A DNA stretch of 64,000 nt, from assembly GCF_963921235.1 (NCBI RefSeq), contig NC_086097.1, positions 57,848,001-57,912,000 of the forward strand. Reading direction: 5' to 3'. The DNA comes from Mobula hypostoma. Lineage: Eukaryota. Shown here piece by piece: positions 59,631-64,000 of this stretch; the stretch's first letter is position 1, and each line of letters begins with the position of its first letter. A model generated the notes under the pieces. It saw nothing but the letters and a program-made list of their open reading frames with translations. It was not told where the DNA came from and did no database searches. Both the position numbers and the translations under genes were made by a program.

Positions 59631-59830
59631 GCCCCACCCCTTACTTCCTGTCAAAGACTTTTAGGGTGATTGTGGTTTGGGGGAGGGAGAGGGCAGGACT
59701 CTAGCTGTACAACACCTGAAGCTTAATTGATGCGGAGACCCAGCTTCATCTTCCTGGACACCTCCTTGAGCACAGGAAGTCAACTTGTTCAATCCGCTAC
59801 ATCCAGCTGAAGTAAACATGTGCCAATCAA
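59631..59830. promoter_or_regulatory. Candidate intronic enhancer (TF motif cluster)
   Basis: GCCCCACCC 59631, ACTTCCTG 59643, TGTGGTTT 59671, CACCTG 59713, CAGGAAGT 59773, CAGCTG 59804, GTAAACA 59812 and CCAAT 59823 in non-repeat DNA. Confidence 0.4.
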
Positions 59831-60189
59831 TATATTCTATGTGTGCAGGTGGGTTCTGAGAGTGGCCCTTCCAGCTGGAGGGTTGAATCAAGCTTGATTA
59901 AGAAAAATGAAGTTATCAATTAGAAATAGGGAAAATATTTTCCTGAGGTCTTCTGCTAACTATATTAAAATACACTATCATGAGTATATCTCTAACAGAT
60001 ACAGGTTTTCATGTTCTCTATCAATAATAAACTGCCTATAAAATCTCAGCATACATATTATATTAGTTATTACTGGATAAGATTGGATAAGACCACTATT
60101 AACAAAATTTGTGGATTCCCAGTACCTTGATGCCGCATCAAGTTGTGTTATTGATTACATTTAGTTGTCTATCAGAGTAAGTAAGAAGT

Positions 60190-61085
60190 TGGGAAATATT
60201 GAATTCTTATTCATTATATCCAGTATCTAGATGAGATGCAGGTGGCACAATTCATAAGTTTGTGGGTGACACCAAAATATGTGGTGCAGCGGGCAAGAGA
60301 ATCAAAGACGGAATTTTACTCAAGTATGAAGAGATGCATTTTTGGAAATTAAATAGTGCAGGAGATATACAGTGAATGGCAGTGCCCTGGGGAAAATTGC
60401 TGAACAGAGAGATCATGGGATAGAGGTACATAGTTTCCTGAAAATGGGAATACAGGTCGATAGGATGGTGAGGAATGCATATGAAATGCCAGCCTCTATT
60501 AGCTGAGGCACTGGGTATGAGAGTTGGGGTGTCATGTTACAGTTGTACAAGACGTTGGTTTGCCTGCACTTGGAGTATTGATGAGGCCACAGGAAGGACA
60601 AGATTAAGCTAGAGAGGGTACAGAAAAAATTCACATGGATGTTGCCTGGATTGGAATTCTTGAGTTACAACAGGTTAGACGGGCTGGGTCTGGTTTTCCT
60701 GGAGCAATGGAGACTGAGAAGTGACATGGTTGAGAAATAAAGGACTATGAAAGACATAGACTGGATAGATAACAACTATTTGTTTCCCATGGTAGGGCTT
60801 CCATAAACTAGAGGGAATTGGGTTGGATTAGAGGGAAGAGGTTCAAAGGGGATCTGAGGGGTAAGATTTTCCACACAATCATGAATAAGCTGCCAAAGAA
60901 GGTGGTGGAGACAAGAACAGTAGCGATATTTATGAGATATCCAGACGGTTACTGGAATGCGTGAGGCATAGGGATATATGGAATGAATGCAGGCATGGGA
61001 TTATTACAGGTGAGCATGATGGTAGGCATAGATGCAGTGGGCTGAAGTTCCTTTTTCTATGCTGTAAAACTCTCTGCCCCTATGA
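60190..61085 (+). mobile_element. Old CR1 LINE 3' fragment
   Basis: Degenerate KF.GDTK, QLYKTLV.LHLEY, LERVQKKFT and a CR1 terminus. Confidence 0.8.
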
Positions 61086-61371
61086 TATATATATATAAAA
61101 ATTATGGTTTCCCTGGTTCTTTTTATAAATGGACTTTAAAGTCACAGATTTGTAGAACATAATGACAGATATAACATAAATTTATATGGAAATTTGCTTT
61201 TTATAATCTCCTCACATTAATCAAGCCAAGGTTCACAAAATTCATCTCTTTGTTTATGATTTTGCCAAATTTCTTCATTTGTTTTTTGGCTGCTGCGCAA
61301 ACTTATGTTGCTTAAAGTTCATTCCAGATGTACAATTTGGTAAGAAATAATTTATCTGAAAGCTGTCTTAC

Positions 61372-61430
61372 TTGTGCCCTGTGAAAACCTCATAAAATAG
61401 ACCAATAACTCTCAATCTTGATGTGAAAAA
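61372..61430 (-). CDS. Candidate internal exon (59 nt) of the unidentified host gene
   Basis: tactag|TTT..CACAA|gtaaga. Only one frame is open (FFTSRLRVIGLFYEVFTGH+AA); it ends in phase 2, matching the exon at 22149 (AA+C = Asn). Confidence 0.55.
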
Positions 61431-61529
61431 CTAGTATTACATTTGAATGTGAAAGATTAACTCACTCAATCTTCCAGCATCGGGTAATTCAATCTTTGTC
61501 AAAAATGCATTTCTGTATTTCTTTTGAAT

Positions 61530-62078
61530 AGTCGTAGAACCATAGAGCACTACATCACAGAAATGGGCCCTGCAGCCCATCTAGTCCATGCTGAACTATT
61601 ATTCTCCCTAGTCCCATTGACCTGCACCTGGACCATAGCCTTCCATATCCCTCCCATCCATATACTTATCCAAACTTCTCTTAAATGTTGAAATTGAAGC
61701 TATATCCAGTACTTTAGCTGGTAGCTCGTTCTACACTGTCACCATTCTCTGAATGAAGAAGTTCCCCCTCACAATTCCCTTAAACATTTCCCCTTTTACC
61801 CTTAATCCATGACCTCTAGGTCAAGACTCACCCTACCTCAGTAGAAATAGCCTGCTTCCTTTACCCTGTCAATACCACTCATAACTTTATCTACCTTTAT
61901 CAAATTCCCTCCGCCCCCCCATTCTCCTACACTCCACGGAATAAAGTCTGAACCTATTCAACCTTTCCTTACAGTTCAGGTCCTCAACTCCTGGCAAAGT
62001 TCTTGTAAATTTTCTCCGTACTCTTTGAATCTTATTGATACCTTTCTCGCAAGTAGGTGACTGGAACTGTGCACAATA
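61530..62078 (-). mobile_element. CR1 LINE 3' fragment
   Basis: Reverse-strand homolog of ~63510-64000. Confidence 0.85.
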
Positions 62079-62079
62079 T

Positions 62080-64000
62080 TTTGGCCCTGGTTAAGAATGA
62101 AAAGGAGGTGCATAGAAGGTATAGGCAAGCGGGAACAAGTGAGGTGCTTATGGAGTATAAGAAATGGAAGAGAACATTTAAGAAGGAAATCAGGAAGGCT
62201 GAAAGAAGATATGATGTTGCCCTCACAGACAAGGTGAAGGAAAACCCCAAGGGATTCTACAGATATTTTAGGAGAAAAAGGATTGCAAGGGAAAAAATTG
62301 GCCCTCTGGAAGATCAGAGTGGTAATCCATGTGTGGAGCCAAAAGAGACGGGAGAGATCTTAAACAATTTTTTTGCATCTGTATTTACTCAGGAGACTGA
62401 CACAGAGTCTATAGAAGTGAGGCAAAGTGGCATCACCTTCATTGACTCTACAGATTACAGAGGAGGAAGAGTCTGCTGCCCTGAGGCAAAGTAGGGTGGA
62501 CAAATCCTCAGGGCCTGACAAGGTGCTCCCTCAGACCCCTTGGGGGGCAAGTAGAGAAATTCTCGGGGCCCGAGCAGAGATATTTAAATCGTCCTTCGCA
62601 ACAGGTGATGTGCTGGAGGATTGGAGGATAGCCAATCTTATTTCACTGTACAAGAAAGGGTCTAAAAATAAACGAAATCATAGGTTGGTGAACCTGATAT
62701 CAGTAGTGGGAAAGCTATTGGAAGGTATTCTGAGGGACCAGATATATAAGTATTTGGATAGACATAAGACCGATGAAGGATATTCAGCTTGATTTTGTGC
62801 ATGGTAGGTTATGTCTAACCAATGTGATAGAGTTTTTTGAGGAAGTTACCAGGAAAGTTGATGAAGGAAAGACAGTGGATGTTGTTTACATGGACTTTAG
62901 CAAGGTGTTTGACAAGATCCCACCTGGGAGGATGATCAAGAAGTTGCTTGGTAGTTAAGATGAAGCAGTAAATTGGATTAGACATTGGCTTTGTGGGAGA
63001 AGCCAGAGAGTGGTAGTAGATATTTCCCTCTCTGACTGGAGGCCTATGACTAGTGGAGTGCTGCAAGGATCAGTGCTGGGTCCGTTACTGTTTGTCATCT
63101 ATATTAACGATCTGGTTGATAATGTGGTTAACTGGATCAGCAAATTTGTGGATAACACTAAGATTGGGGTTGTAGAGGACAGCGAGGAAGAATATCATGG
63201 CTTGCAGCACTAGCTGGACCAGCTGGGAAAATGGCAGATGGAAATTTAATGCAGACACGTGCGAGATGTTGCAGTTCGGTAGGACCAATCAGGAGAAGTC
63301 TTACACAGAGTATGGTAGGGCATTGAGGTGTGCGGTAGAACAAAGGGATCTGGGAATATAGGTCCATAATTCATTGATAGTGAAGTCACAGGTAGATAGG
63401 GTCGTAAAGAAAGGTTTTGGCACATTGGCCTTCATAAGTCAATGCATCGAGGACAGGACGTGGAATGTTATATTGAAGTTGTATAAGACATTGGTCAGGC
63501 CTAATTTGGAACATTGTGTCCAGGTTTCATCACCTACCTACAAGAAAGATGTAAATAAGTTTGAAAGAGTACAGAGAAAATTTACAAGTATGTTGCTGGA
63601 TCTGGAGGGCCAAAGTTATAAGGAAAGATTGAATAGGATCAGACTGTATTCCTTGGAATGTAGAAGATTGAGAGAAGATTTTGTAGAGGTATACAAAGTT
63701 ATGAGGGGTATAGATAGGGTAAATGCAAGCAGGCATTTTCCTCTGAGGTTGTGTGGGACTACAACCAGAGGTCATGGCTTATGGGTGAGAAGTTTAAGGG
63801 AACATGAGGGGAAACTTCTTTACTCAGAGGGTCATGAGGGTGTGGAATAAGCTGCCCACAAGTGGTGCATGCAAGCCTGATTTCAACATTGAAGAGAAGT
63901 TTGGACAGGTACATGAATGGTAGGGGTATGGAGGGCTATGGTCCCAGTGCAGGTCGATGGGAGTAGGCAATTTAAATGGTTCAGCATGGACTAGATGGGC
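62080..64000 (+). mobile_element. CR1 LINE ORF2 (RT), degenerate, running off the window end
   Basis: KENPKGFYRY, YMDFSKVFDKIP, GVLQGSVLGP, KFVDNTK, LYKTLVRPNLEHC. Confidence 0.92.

Noticed and set aside
1..64000. CRISPR arrays, tRNA/rRNA genes, prokaryotic operons
   Set aside because: No regularly spaced repeats were seen; tRNA-like segments are SINE heads or a PBS; the sequence is vertebrate intronic DNA.

Overview
Eukaryotic genomic DNA, most likely from a cartilaginous fish (inferred from the CR1/Rex1-Babar/Penelope/V-SINE/Deu-SINE repertoire). Most of the window is nested transposable elements lying in the large introns of one unidentified minus-strand protein-coding gene. Four phase-compatible exons were reconstructed by hand (61372-61430, 21995-22149, 21732-21820 and a terminal exon at ~3457/3513-3650). 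Elements present are CR1, Rex1/Babar, L1, L2, RTE and R4/Dong LINEs, Penelope-like elements (PLEs) carrying minimal hammerhead ribozymes, Gypsy LTR elements (two Mag-like, one Sushi-like), two solo LTRs, SINEs and a mariner MITE. An RT-less class I ERV-like provirus with a tRNA-Pro PBS has been stretched from about 3 kb to about 20 kb by nested insertions, most of them delimited by visible target-site duplications (TSDs). Highlights are the ribozyme family (including tiny TSD-flanked fold-back mini-elements), the reconstructable ERV, the unnamed host gene, a TAA-associated R4/Dong element and a ~680-bp non-coding retroposon present in two copies. Family assignments come from motif recognition only; no database searches were run.
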